Shown here: positions 1 to 13,420 of the stretch, piece after piece
How the letters are laid out: the number at the start of each line of letters is the position of its first letter
How positions within the stretch are numbered: position 1 is the stretch's first letter
Assembly: GCA_030295235.1 (NCBI GenBank)
Contig: AP026146.1
Coordinates: 372,001 to 436,000 of the forward strand
Source: Fistulifera solaris
Taxonomy: Eukaryota
Direction of reading: 5' to 3'
Length of the DNA stretch: 64,000 nt
Program-made: the position numbers and the translations under genes
The notes under the pieces: model-generated
Told to the model about the DNA's origin: nothing
The model's input: only the letters and a program-made list of their open reading frames with translations
Database searches by the model: none

Positions 1-455
1 TGACACCAGTGCTTTGCGGGTGATTGTGTCTCCGTCGGATCAGGGATACTATGAACCTGATACGTCGCAACTGATTCGTCTAAAGCTAGCTTCCGAGTAT
101 GGGTATGGCATCAACCCTTCCACGATTGTTACGGATAAAGTCAATTTCCTTGGTACCGGGGCTCACCCTTTCTGGAGATGGTTGCAAGCCAGCTGTCGCA
201 CGCCGGCAGGTCTGGGTCGTCTGGAAGGCAACTTTGAAAAATTCTTACTAGATGGACGAACAGGGTTGCCCTTACGGCGTTACCCTCGCAAATACAAACC
301 TCTGAATATGGAAGACGATATTGCTGCGGTATTGAACGGAAAGCCACTTCCTCCTCCTCGCGCGAATTGGCAAGAAGAATGGAGAGCCGCTGCTGCGGGA
401 GGCTGACAGAGATACGTACCGATTTCAAAAAGGTCTCAACTATTATGATCAGTAG
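1..455 (+). CDS. Glutathione peroxidase-like (thioredoxin-fold) protein, C-terminal part; 5' end outside window
   Basis: GPx-type motifs 'KVNFLGTGAHPFWRWL' and 'GNFEKFLLDGRTGLPLRRY'. Removing one G from the GGG at ~396-399 extends the frame as ...AAAEADRDTYRFQKGLNYYDQ* (TAG 453-455). Confidence 0.75.
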
Positions 456-627
456 TAAATGCGTCGAACTTGTCATCACGGCGCACTAATGTATTTGATG
501 AGCTAGTATAAGTGCAGCACCAATAGGACACAAACAAACATGTTAATTAGGGTGCTTGCAGTAAGCAACTGCAATACTAGACGTGCAAGCAACATTTTAT
601 AAACTAGACACGGTCGAGTGATAGGTA

Positions 628-2199
628 TCATTCCGGTTGTTCTACTTTCTTCCGTCGACCCGACCATAACCTCATTCGAGATGCACGACTGAAGGTAGAA
701 GTTTCAGAAGCCCCATCTGCTGATAAATTTGACAGACTGGTTACATCCATAGATTGCTTTCCTCCGCGACCAATTCGCTGGTGGAATGTCTTTCTTTGGG
801 AAGAAACGAATGTAGGCGTCGACAATACCCCCATTACAATCTGTTCCATGGATCCGCTTAATGGAGAAGGGCGACCTGAGGCCGTTTGGCTACGACGACC
901 ATCTTGCTGTGACGAGTTCAATTCACGTAGTACATCTTGTGTTCCATTGGATCTCTCATCTTTATGATCGGCCCTAGAATCTTCTCGGGATTTTACGCTC
1001 CGCGGATTGCCTCGATCGTCACGAGCTTCTTGCCTTTGTGTATTCAACGATGGTCTAGATCTCGAGGCTTTGGTTGGTCCGCAGGAGAAAACATGTGCTA
1101 TTGACGACATAAAACAACCTTCTTCCAAGGAGGGAGTGGTGTTTACATTTTGTGAACTAGACTGTTCCTCGGTGTAAGAAGCGTCGCTTTGTCGATCGTA
1201 GGAAAGATCTTCGCTTCCCTCATCATACGAGCAGCTATCATAGTAAGATCCTTCTGGCAGTTTCGAAGTTGACTGAAGATGCTGCGCATCGTTATCTATT
1301 GTGGTCTCTTCCTGCTGCTGTGACATTTTAGGTGCATCTACATCTAGGAGCGCAGACCGTCTCGCGAGTTCGCTTCCTTCTTCACTTAGATTGTTAACGA
1401 GCTTCTTTCTCCGGAAGTACAGTGATGTAGTTTTCGTTTGGTTCTCGGTCACAACTTTTGGCTTCTCAGTTTCTTCGGCTCGTTTTGAGAACAAGTTTTT
1501 TCCGATACTGAATTGGGAGACATTATCACTGACGAACGTCTTGAATCGCGACGGTTGTGAATCGTTTTCACTGCCTGCCTCTGTATCCGTATCAGACTGA
1601 AACAAAGGAGCCGCTGACTGGGGCCGAATTCCGCGAGTATTTCGAAGATAGTTTACGTTTGAATGAGGTTCTGAAGCATGTATACTACCAGAAACGCTGG
1701 CTGCGGTTGTGTGGGACATCAACGACTTTTCTCGGTGAGCGCCACCCCTAGAGCCCGACCCGAGCTATTTCTCTGGTCCTCTACTTCCTTCCTAGCGGAT
1801 ACCACGGCCATCGCAGCGATTATTTCAGCTTGACGTCTCGTTGTCCGTCGAGAAAGAAGGTGCCTGCCAGAGAATCCACTCGTGGCCGAACGGGAAGGAC
1901 TTAGAACCGACGAAGCTGCTGCTTTGGCGGTAGAAGATGCAGTTTCCAAACTTCCTCCAGAAACTAAGATGGATTTTGCGGCCGCAGATGCTTGAGATAC
2001 TGCTTTTGCTAGGATATCGGCTTCATCCGACACGGAAAGTGACCGATGGAGTTTCAAGGAAACTTTACTGGATAAAACCTCGGCATCCCTCCCATTTGCT
2101 GTGGAATAATCCTCGAAATGCATCTCGTCCTGTGATTTGCTGATAATGCGACACCTTTCATTCAACAAGTTAACTGCAAAGAACGTCTCGTGTCGACAT
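628..2199 (-). CDS. Hypothetical Ser-rich protein (ORFs 1719-2168 and 628-1722 joined across one frame break)
   Basis: Two long abutting ORFs that join with a single added base in a homopolymer near 1725-1750. Ala-rich helical segment followed by a disordered tail. The start at 2199 also needs one homopolymer correction. No recognisable family. Confidence 0.55.
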
Positions 2200-2627
2200 G
2201 AACGATTTGAGTCGTCGCTTCAAAGTTTTCTCATCACAATTTCCAAACGCCGCCAAAATATGAAGCTGTCGCAGGTTTTGGCGAGCCGAAATGAGATTTA
2301 ACTCTACCACATAGTGTAGAAAGACGGAAAAATTGGGTAAATCAAATTCACATTTCTAATGAATAGATAGTCAAATTCTTTTAAGTATTCATGACAACAG
2401 GTTTTACTCTTAATGGTCAAATATGCTTGGACTGTTCTTCACGAAGAATTCCAAAAGATGCTATTAGAGTTAGCGGATATTCTACGAAGCGGTACTCACA
2501 TTTCTGTTTCCTTTTTGACCATCACTTTTCAAATTGCGGCACTAACCTTGTCTTACAGGTACTTGTACCAGTACCGAGTGATAAGGCTCTCATGGTGACT
2601 GGTCACCCTGACACTTCAAGTTGCGAT

Positions 2628-2797
2628 TGACGTCATGCTTAGGAATTCCGAAACTCAACGGGGTGTCACATCAATTTGGTCTGACGTCGATTTTCATTCT
2701 CCTTGTTATTGTACATGACTTCGTCGCGGAAGTGGTTGAATGACACATAGGTACTTGTTTTAGTTACCAAAATCCATCAAGATACGACGATGAGTCA
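2628..2797. promoter_or_regulatory. Cluster of bZIP-type sites upstream of the HSF gene
   Basis: TGACGTCA 2628-2635, TGACGTC 2682-2688 and TGAGTCA 2791-2797. TGACGT is the known aureochrome/CRE-type core. Function is inferred only. Confidence 0.3.
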
Positions 2798-3020
2798 GCC
2801 TAAAACAGCCGGTTTGCCGTTCATTGATTTGTTCCTCGTTGCTCGTTGCTCGTAGAACACCGACTGGACCTGGATCCTTGTGCGGAAACCATCGCACATG
2901 TCACGCCGGTGGAAACCATTTGAAAAGCATTCGCTTCTCACAAGCGGAGTTGGGAGTGTCCACAAAACTCGAGCCAATCTGAGTTCCGACGAATTTCTTG
3001 CTCCCAATCGACTAGAAATA

Positions 3021-3961
3021 ATGGATTGTTCTATCCGCGATATCAGCGATACTCTTTCACCACTGGTAGAAGCAGCGAATGCACTTGCTGCACTTCATTC
3101 TGCAGGGAGACTTACCACGCAGTTTCGCCCTTTGCTGCAACAACGAGAAAGCGCCCCCGTGATGGTGGTTAGCGAGGATGAATGTAACAAGACAACTACA
3201 GGTGAAACGACTCAGTCCAGACGATCAAAGCGTGATACATTTCCCCAGCGCCTCATGTCAGTTTTAAATGACCCTTCTCTATCTTCAATCATTACGTGGC
3301 TTCATCACGGACGATCATTTGTTATCCTTCGCCCTGATGTTTTTACTGCCACTGTTTTACCGAAATATTTTTCTGCCGAAACTAACTCAGCCACAAAGTA
3401 TCCATCATTTACGCGAAAGCTCAATCGGTGGTAGGTCCGATATGGATTCGCAGAACACAATCGAGTGAGATGCATTTCTCTTCTTACAACCGTTCAACTT
3501 TTCCTCACAGGGGATTCCGTCAAGCAACAAGAGGTCCTGATACCGGGGCTTTCCACCATGAATTGTTCCGTCGAGACGAGCCGGAACTATGCCTTCAAAT
3601 GGTGTGCCATCGAACCAAATCAGGCGACCGCCATTCGAAGAAGATGAAGAAGAACATGGAGCTCCCGAAGAAATCATATCTACGTCTCACCAAAGATTCC
3701 CTCGATAAGGTAGCAAAACGATATGGAGACAGTCATGGAAACAAGGCTGCGACTGTTTCAATTTCCGAAGATACGCAATCCAAGTCTTCTTCTGACAACA
3801 ACTCTGAGATGGCAGGTAAGTACGATGCTTCTCATCAACACATCTCAATTGACCGCAAAGTCGTTGAAGATGCTCTTCAGCGAAGAGATGAACTGGAGCG
3901 CTTGAACGCAAATCGTGTGATGTTGTTTGAAGCGTACCTGAAGGCGCTGCAGGGAAAATAG
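3021..3961 (+). CDS. Heat shock transcription factor (HSF DNA-binding domain); intron 3431-3510
   Basis: 'TFPQRLMSVL..IITWLHHGRSFVIL..F...VLPKYF...KYPSFTRKLNRW|GFRQ...AFHHELFRRDEPELC' is a canonical HSF DBD. The GT..AG intron restores the WGF motif. Confidence 0.92.
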
Positions 3962-5645
3962 CTCCCTGCAATGGCCTTTAAGAAAACTATGTGCAAAGAC
4001 ATGCAGGCAATTTATACAATCTGCTCAACATTGAATAACAATAGATATCATTTATTTGAAAAGTGCATGCATCGCATAATCTGGCATTAGGTACCAGGTA
4101 GGCTAGAATCATTGGGATCTTTTTTAGCGTAAGTTAGAGGCGTTTCGGAGTTTTGGCTTCTGCTTCTGCAGCAGTCTCCACGGTTGACATGTTGTGTGTC
4201 TTTTGCCGTGTCTGCTCGTGTACGGTTTGTCGCGAATTGCCATCTTGCACTTGCACTTTTCGTTGGGCGTAATGGCGTGATTGATTGACGTGTCTTTCGA
4301 CTTCCAGGACGTCATGCGACATGATCATACTTTCTATCGGATAGTCGAGGTTTCGTAAGCAACCTAGCGGCGTGCGTCATTATTTTTCAATCCTCCGTCC
4401 TCTCTTTAAACCTTAACACTAACGTCGTTTGGCTAAAGTGCAACAACTCGATTGGGGTGATGGCTGATACTAAAAAAAATACGACTACGCCACTACGCCA
4501 TGGGATGCTCTAGGCTGATGACTAGACGCTCTCTCTAGAGTCTAGTCGGATCTTGTCTCCTTCTTACATCGAAACAAACGAGAATCTAGCTACAGATAGC
4601 TAGGAAGGCGCAAACGCTAATTGTTGATAACAATTCATGGAATTATGCGCAACAGTAACAGTTGGGTTCGTATCTATCGCGACTTGAATCAAATGGCGGA
4701 AAATGGTTGACTAAAAGATGTGCTCTATCATAGTACGTTTTTACGTAGCTGGCACGGTCCACTGCGGAACCATAACTGGTTGCTTACGACCCGTCTCACT
4801 AGTATTTCGTAGCTAGCTATCTAGCAAAGAAAAGATCCCAGAGCTTGACGATGTACACCCATTTGTTTTGGAGATACTATGCCCGAAATGAGGCCTCTCC
4901 GACGCTAATTTCATCCGTCGGTTGGGTTCTCCTTACTAGACATTTCGCGTGAAGGAATCCTACCTCAAATCACATCATTGTTCCTTCAGTTTTGAGACTG
5001 AACATGCCGTTTTTCAAACTCTTACACTGGTATCAAAGACTTAGCTCCAGCGTCGAAATACCATTGCCATCACAAGACTCGGCAACATTATTCGGTTGTC
5101 AAAGAGAGTAGGCGAAGCCATGAGTGAAAAAGTGGCACGAGGTGTCGGATGGCCAATGGCTAGGGGCAAAGGGTCCGATTTACTATCTTCAACAAAGTAC
5201 TAAATTCTTTTTAACCAGTCTTGCCTTGTGACTGCGAAAAGTAACAAAAAGTGCGAAAGCCCCCGGCCGAAGGAATGTCGCACCATAGAATGTCTACTAT
5301 CTGGTTCAGAGTAACCTCGTCATCGCCATCCTCAACGAAAATTGGGTCACAGAGTCACAAATCCGTCCGCAAACGAAAAAGTCCCCCAGCTCGAGCTCCT
5401 TGTTGCTGGAGCAAAACAATCATTCGTTGTATACCCTTCTAGCTCTAGCCTCCTTTATCGTAATCAAGAGTCCTTCCTTTGCCTCTTGACGGTTCATTGC
5501 GGTGTATAAATCGCAAAGCATAAAGGATTAACTCTTTCGTGACACTTTGTGGTCCGGCTTCTGTGCAATTGAGATTAACGGTCCTTTGCGCTGTGTTTAC
5601 TAGCAACAACCAGTAATTTACGAATCAACAACCAATTCCAATCAA

Positions 5646-7258
5646 ATGGCGCCTCAACAACAACAACAACAACACGCCATGACTCCGAAACAAAAGGAAG
5701 AAATTGGAAAAGAGCTTGGAAAACCGCTTCCAGGGCAGCAAAATACATGTCGAAACACTCGAAAATTGTCAACCCTTCCATGGAAAAATGCATTCCCCGA
5801 TTTGAACGAGATGAAGTGGTTGTTGGTGAACTGTTAGGATCCGGTGGATTCAATGACGTGTACGAGATCAAACAAATAGCACTTTTAGAAGATTTGACAC
5901 AAGCGGAACACGCCAAGAAAATATCCAGTCCTCTCCAGACGGAACACCGGGCGTTTGTCGCGAAGCATGTCTTCCGCGAGTCGTCTCAGAATTGTCGATA
6001 CGCAGTCAAATTCTTATCGGCGGATACATTGAATGATCCCAGTCGCTATTGTACGGGAGCAGCGGATCTGGTGGTGGTACGTTGCGTATTGGTGTTGTTC
6101 ATGGTTGTGTACGTGGTATGCCTGATTCACTCATCGTTTTCTCCTACAGGAAGCCAAGTTTTTAGCCTCATTGTCGCATCCCAATATTATCAAACTCCGT
6201 GGCATGGCGGCAGCCGGAACATCGGGATTCGCCACCATGAATGAACGCGGTTACTTTCTGCTTCTCGATCGATTACAATGTACGCTGGAACATAAAATTG
6301 ATCACTGGAAGAATTTCAATAAAGCGGTTTCCGAGAAACAATCCAAAGGCTTTCTAGCGGAACGACTTCATGTGTCGTTTGACATTGCCGCGGCGTTGAG
6401 TTATTTGCATGCCAATCATGTCATCTACCGGGATCTTAAGCCGTAAGTTTCTTTCGCGTTTGTGGGAATGTATTGTGTTTCTTCACAGTTTGCTCACCAC
6501 ATACACTGTTGTTTCTGCCGGAATCCAGGGATAATGTTGGATTTGATATCAGAGGTAAGTTTCCCTGTGATGCCGCTATTTCCTCGTTTCAAATCCAGTT
6601 CTTGCTAATATCCTTTCTTGTTTGCCTTGCAGGTGATGTGAAGATCTTTGACTTCGGTCTAGCCAAGGAGCTCGACCCAACGTTACGACATGGCTGCACG
6701 GAATTCTACGAACTTTCGGGGAATACGGGCTCTCTCCGATATATGGCGCCAGAAGTCGCTCGCTGTGAACCCTACAATCTGACCGCGGACGTATATTCGT
6801 TCGGCTTACTATTGTGGCAAGTATGTTCCATGGATTTACCGTATGACGGGATGAATCGTCAAGACCACTCGGAGCTGGTAGTTCACGGCAATGAACGCCC
6901 ACCCCTAGATGGTTCTTGGAGCACGCCTCTCCGCATTTTGATGAAACGGGCCTGGGAGCCAGATCCATCAGTTCGACCCAGTATGGAAAGTATTTACAAA
7001 ATTCTGAAACGAGAAATCTTGTCACTACGAGATGGCGACGAAACGGGTCTTGAACATAACAGCCGTCGATCTACGTTTGTTCTGGGACGTGATTCTCTGG
7101 CGAATAAGACCCGCAGTGGCACGGACGATTTGGATCGACAAAAGGCTCGTCTTTCCAGAGCACGCAATGGCGTATCGCGCGTTTCGGAAAACATTCCTTC
7201 CGACAGTCAACGAGGTTCTTCATCCGGTAACCAACGCTTCATGACAGCGGTTTCATGA
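5646..7258 (+). CDS. Ser/Thr protein kinase (TKL-like, diatom-type); introns 6077-6149, 6443-6528, 6555-6632
   Basis: GSGGFN loop, YAVK, YRDLKP|DNVGF, DFG, GNTGSLRYMAPE, DVYSFG. All three introns are GT-AG. One frame break at the A-run ~5720 links the MAPQQQ start. Confidence 0.9.
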
Positions 7259-7498
7259 AGCTGCACTTTGCGAAACTAAACTGGAAAGCTTATAGTTCAC
7301 TTTGACGGAAATTGTGTATTTTGTTAATTTATATTCATGATCTAGCGTGTAGCCTCCACGCAGCCGATAGCTGGCATTTCTGTTGCAGTGTTGATGAACA
7401 ACTTTTATTACGTTATTAAAAGCACTCGGTGAACCATGCTCGTTGGCAGTTGTGCAAGCTGTTAACATTAACTTAAATAATTATTGAATTGAAAAGCG

Positions 7499-9997
7499 TC
7501 ATTGTATGACTGACTCTGCAAGGCTAGCAGTTGACACACTCCCAGCGCTCGACATCATCCGGTAGACCTTAGATCCATCAAAAATGCTACCTCGCGCTCA
7601 CTTGTTGATCGAAGGCCCGCCTTCGCCCTTTCCCAAGCTTTGATAGCCCCTTTGCTTTTCAGCATATCGTCAGGAAGACTTGGTTCTTTACCCTCAAATG
7701 AAAGCAATTCCCCATCGGGCACTAATGCAGGAACTTGAAGAAGTTCCACTTTTCCGCTATCACTATCAGATGCAGCTAGCAGCATGGCTTCGCTCTCAAT
7801 TCCTCGCATTTTTGCCGGCTTCAGATTAGCCACCACTACTACTTTGCTTCCGACGAGATCGGCCAGCTTCACCTGTCCGGCTAAAGCAGCCACCACCGTT
7901 CTGAGTTCCGGATCCCCGCAGTTCACCTTACACACGAGAAGATTTTCGGCTTCTGGGTGTGGATCGGCCGAAACTATGGTGGCAGCTCTAAATGCAACTC
8001 GACGAATGTCCTCTACTGGGGTAGCGTCCTTGTCATTCCTAGTAGTCCCTCTATTCCGTTCGGGCTCATCTTTCTTTACACCCCAGGTATCACGTAGTGT
8101 AGCGACTCGATTCAGAACAAGACTTTCAGGGCCTGTTGATGCGGTGTCTAGTGCGAAATACCCACTTCGTTCGAATTGATAAGCCAGCGTTGAATGATAG
8201 GTATCCTTATTCTCGTCAATCTTTTCCAGAATATCAACAACGTCCGTCAACACACTCGGCTCTACGATAGCACTTGATAGTATTTCAAGAGAATCAGCGT
8301 TGACGTCTTTGAGAAAGTCGCCACTGTCCTTCCCGGGCTCTTCCACTTTGAATAATCGGTCATACTGATTGATCTGGCATTTTACCCCGGTGGATTCTTC
8401 AACCCAATGAATAATTCCTTGGACACGGCTCATTCCTTCCGGTGTATTCCCTGCTCTCGTATCGGGCAAATATGCACATTTCAATTCAATCGGTTCCTGG
8501 GTTTCAGCGTCTCGGATAATTTCATTGCATTGAATTACGTACGCGTAACGCAACCGTACCATCTCATTCGGCAGCAACCGCTTGAATCCTTTTGGAGGAA
8601 TACCACCGCTCAATTTCCCTTCTGGGCCTTCCAAATCAAAAAAAATCGGAGCGCTCAATAAATAAGGATTTACCGAAAGGAATAACGCGAGTCCCCATCT
8701 CAGCAAGCTTGGGATGTCTGTCAACAGTGAACTTCTCCAAGCCTCCTTCCCAGTTTGTAATGGTTACTTTGAGAGGATTGAGTACACAGAATGCACGTGA
8801 GCATGCTTCGTCCATGACTTCGCGAACGCAATCTTCCAAAACGGAATAATCAATATTGGAATCTGCTTTTGAAATACCAACTCGCTCACAAAAAAGGCGC
8901 AAAGCCGATGGTGGCACACCACGTCGTCGTAAACCCGACAAAGTGGGCAAGCGCGGATCGTCCCATCCATTCACATGCTTTTCTTCGACTAGTTGGATCA
9001 ATTTGCGTTTGGATAACACGGTGCTTTTGATGTTGAGACGACTAAACTCGATTTGACGAGGCGTTGCAGAAATAAGACCCGAGGGGAGCAGTTTTTGGAT
9101 GGTCCAATCATAAAACGGCCGATGATCTTCAAATTCTAGCGTGCAAAGCGAGTGAGTAATTTCTTCTACGGCATCGGAAATGGGGTGACTGAAGTCATAC
9201 ATAGGATAGATGCACCACTTGTCACCTGTTTCCTGATGCGATTCGTGTTTGATTCGATACAATGTCGGATCACGCATATTGATATTGGGGGAGGCCATAT
9301 CAATTTTGGCACGCAACACATGTTCGCCTTCCGCACATTTTCCCGCTTTCATTTCTTGAAACAACTGCAGATTCTCTTCCACGGATCGACTTCGGAACGG
9401 ACTGTCTTTTCCTGGTTCGGTCAAAGTGCCACGGTACTCACGCATTTCGTCAGCCGACAAACTATCCACATAGGCGTGTCCATTTTGGATCAAGAAAATG
9501 GCACAATCATAAATCAAGTCAAAGTAATCCGAAGTCTTTCGAACCTTCCCATCCCAAGGCGCGTCACCGTCGTACAAACCACTCTGGATCCATTTCACAT
9601 CTTCTAAAATACTTTCGACGTACTCACGGTCTTCTTTCGACGGCTGAAAAAGCAAGAGAGGTTGATAAGCGCCAGACAATGTACGTGAGGTTTTGTTCAT
9701 TATGGTATCAACATAGCATATCGCATTGCGTTTCTCACATTAGTATCATCCAAACGCATGTGACAAGCTCCTCCGAACATCCTCGCCACCGCAAAGTTGA
9801 ACGAGACTGCTTTGGCATGACCCAAATGCAAATATCCGTTGGGTTCGGGAGGAAAGCGGGTTTTAATCTTGGACGATTCGATGATTGTTTCCGAAAAGGA
9901 TCCAATTGAGTATCTTCTTGAATGATTTTGGTAATAAAATTGGGTGCATACGCAAATGCCGACACAGTTGACGGCATCAGCCAAGGAGAAGACGCAT
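7499..9997 (-). CDS. QARS: Glutaminyl-tRNA synthetase with C-terminal tRNA-binding (EMAPII/Trbp111-type OB-fold) domain; intron 9644-9738
   Basis: [27 protein letters not shown] (HIGH), [49 protein letters not shown]; then '[20 protein letters not shown]...[22 protein letters not shown]'. Homopolymer frame breaks at ~9895, ~8640, ~7580. Start position uncertain. Confidence 0.93.
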
Positions 9998-10505
9998 CGT
10001 TTGTTGCTCTTTCTATAGCAATAGTCAAGCGATGCGTTTCCAATAGATGACAGATGTGATGAATTTCTTTATAAATAATATGCTTTGTCTTTCTGGTTCG
10101 TTCTTCTTCCTCTTTTGTTGCTTCCATTTTTCGCTGGCTCATCAAACGGCTGACGATACAAAGTAGTGTGGGGAGAAGAATGTTTGTGAGGATGATGTAC
10201 GAGTCACGAACATAATGAATCATGAGCAGAGAGGGATAGCAGTACCGATACGAGCTTATCAAGAGTTGTCAGACGTCATCGTTTCTGGTGATGAATGGGT
10301 ATCTTTACAGTACGACAATGTGTAAATCCCGATTGGTGTCACTTTTCGCTTTCCTCCACGAAATTCCAACATGTTCAACCAGCATTCGTTCGTTATCCAC
10401 CGTCTTTCTCTAACATCGATTCTTTCCTAGGTTATAAAAGAGCTCAAAGAGAGAATTTTGTATATATTTCTCTGTTACAGTTGTTTTCGCCGACTTTCAA
10501 TAAAT

Positions 10506-11517
10506 ATGTCAATACGCTTTTTTCTTGCTAATCTTCTTATCTTTACAAAGCGCCATCGGATTTACTCCTAGAAGCGCCGACAAGAAGATTCGTACAACTT
10601 TTCCGTGGTCAACAAGCAACAACCTCTCACGGAAATTTCATCACGAGAGCATTCTCTCGTCTCTCAAAAATTTGGGATTAAAATATACCTCCTGAGCATG
10701 GTGTCACCAAGCTCCTGGATGTATCCGATGTCACATCAAGCTCCATTAACAGTTTGAAACAATTTGATACTTCAGACCCACAGAGTACATTTGCCCTGAT
10801 CGCTAGCTTTCTGGTGTTCACGTCGCTGGTAATCGCCTCACAAACGGTCGGATGGGAAGGAATGACGCAAGGTCTGTCCGATCTGATGGCCGATCCCAAG
10901 CAATCCCTCCAAGCGGTGATTGATTATGTTCAAGATGCTGGACCCATGGGACCATTGATCTTTGGGGCGGTTTATTTGCTGGCAGAAATCTTAGCAGTCC
11001 CCGCTACGCCCCTAACATTATCAGCGGGTTACCTGTTTGGCTTTCCAATGGGTTCCGCGATTGTCCTTGTGGCGGCCACACTCGCCGCCAGCGCCGCATT
11101 TTTATTGGTAAAACGTTTCTTCGTCAATGGGTGGAACAAATATTAGCGGATAACGCCAAGCTGGCAAAAATCGATAAAGCTATTGGGAGAGAAGGATTCC
11201 GTTTGTTGCTGTTGGTTCGGTTGTCTCCGCTGTTTCCATTCGCTTTATCGAATTACGTGTACGGTGCATCGTCGATCGAGTTTGTACCTTATTTTTTTGG
11301 TACTCTGTTCGGCTTCGCACCTGGTACGATGGGAATGGTGTATGCAGGAATGGTAGGGAGAGCTCTGACCACTGGCGATGGGACTCAGCCGTGGTATGTG
11401 TATGCCGTTGGATGCCTCGGTTTGGGGTTGTTGTTAAAGCTGATAACAGATGTTGCCGGCAATATTGTCAACTCCATGGAAGACGACGCCGATATAGACA
11501 TAGAAGAGGCGCAATGA
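10506..11517 (+). CDS. TVP38/TMEM64 (DedA, VTT-domain) membrane protein, probably plastid-targeted
   Basis: 'LAVPATPLTLSAGYLFG', 'LLLVRLSPLFPFALSNYVYG', 'TLFGFAPGT'. Frame break in the T-run ~11100. Reconstructed N-terminus MSIRFFLLIFLSLQSAIG-FTP resembles a diatom bipartite presequence but needs homopolymer corrections. Confidence 0.85.
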
Positions 11518-11690
11518 TCATTGTACCGATCTGACTCGAACTGTGCATAATGGTAAAATAAATTTTTACATCACACGAGCCCCCTGTACATTCTTTCGCC
11601 TAAACTAAACGGACAATGAATTGAAACTACGAAAAAGAGGAAAAAAGTCTGCTGCTTTAGAATCATCTGTGATTATTCAAACCTCGCATT

Positions 11691-12976
11691 TCACTTCAAA
11701 CCAATCGCCGTATCACCCGAAGAGCACGTTTTGAAATGCCCTCCGAATTTCCAATCCCATTTCTGGCATTGTCGACTACAATAATAGGCCTCCTTGCACT
11801 GCTCACAGCGCTGCACCTTCTTCACGTCCAAACTTCCGCACGCCTGACACGCTTTCGTCTTGGTCCAGCCAAAATACTGTTCGGTTTCTGCTTTACAGTG
11901 GGCCGCTTTGGAAGCGGGCGTGTCTTGACAGAATTTCGAGTGCAGCCCCATAATGTTGTCGCAATACTCTTGACACGCAGCGGAGCAATAATGAAAGTAC
12001 CAGCATTTCTTGCAGCGATGAGGGTGCGGATGACCCGGAATTTCAATGTTCGCACAAGCCGGAGCTGAGCATTTGGGAAAGTATCTCCAACGCTGAGGTG
12101 CCTGATCTTCTGTATACCGCATGAAACGTACCGAAAAGAATTTGCACTGCATCGAATTCCTAGCATTCCGGAGGATCGTCGTCTGGTGGTGCAACGCGGC
12201 GTCTGTGGGAATACGTTGCAACGGCGCGTTGGGGAAGCACCGTGCTTCCAAACCTTTGAGAACTTCATCCCAGCCTCCGAGCATATTCCAGTCTTTATCG
12301 AGTACATCCAACATGGCGCAACGACGCAAAATGGGAATAAAGTCGTCGGGCTCAAAGACGATCGAAAAGTCATACAGCGTATCCCATGTCTCACACGCCA
12401 CGGCCGCTAAGAATTCTTTGCCTTCAAAGTGAATGATAGTTTGACGAATATCTGTTTTATGATGCGGACAAGATTCGGCGAGACGAGGAAGGAGTTCCAA
12501 GGTATTTCGGCACATGAGAATCAATTCGCCTTTCAATGACACCCATTTTGGATTGGTGGACGTCAACATACTTCCGACAGCATGGTGCATAAGGAAATTG
12601 ATTTTATAGCGTGATTGTTTCATACTTTCTTTCATTTGACGCTGATCGGCTGCTGTGACAGTCTCTTTCTTCCACAAGGCCGTGGAGGCTAGCAATGTCG
12701 AGAGGACCGTCTGTTGCCAAATCTGATAAATATCTTGCACAATCTCTTTTGTTGCCGCGGATTGGGCCAGGAAATCTTGCAGTAACAATATCAATTCGTC
12801 ATCTTCCTGATATTCGAGTTGCAGATAAGGTTCCCCGTTCTGATCGCGACGGGTGTCACATTCTCGAAGCCAATGGAGATCGTCTAAATTCTCGGATTGG
12901 GCGATGGAGTCCGTCCCTTTGGAGGATTCTTTCACCAATTTGGTGTTGTGTTTTCTATTCTTTTACTTTTTACCAT
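11691..12976 (-). CDS. Protein with two C-terminal MYND-type zinc fingers
   Basis: 'CSAPAC...RCKKCWYFHYCSAACQ...HSKFC' and 'CQACG...RCEQCKEAYYCSRQCQKWDWKFGGHFKTC'. The ATG at 12976 needs one homopolymer correction. Confidence 0.85.
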
Positions 12977-13420
12977 AGTCTATTAAGAGGAATCAGTGTA
13001 ATGACACAAATTGAGAGGACGACAAGCTTGTGGAGATGCAGTTCAATTATCGGATAGCAAAGGTAACGCTTGTCGTGTTATCATCGTGATGAGTGAGCGG
13101 CGTGACGGGCAGCCAGCCATCATCAACGAACGCCTTGACGGTGTTCGAGTGCCGTTCTTGGCAACTCTAACCTTTATGAAGTGGCACAAGTGTCGCTAGA
13201 CACAAAAGACATAGCTATTCGGAGAGGGTTATGGTCTGTACGTCGACCGCACAGCCGTTGGAACCGTGCATCGATGGTTTTTGATCGTACTTCGGCGATC
13301 GACTAGGACCGTGGAATGAAGTTAGAGACTGGAAAGTCTTAGGCAAAGTATAATCTACCAATAGGATAGAAATACTAATATATTACGAAGTATAAACATA
13401 TGCTCTGTCAAAATTGTGAA

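Noticed and set aside
1..455. Selenoprotein GPx with UGA recoding
   Set aside because: The TGA at 404-406 disappears on homopolymer correction, the catalytic residue is outside the window, and no SECIS was recognised downstream.
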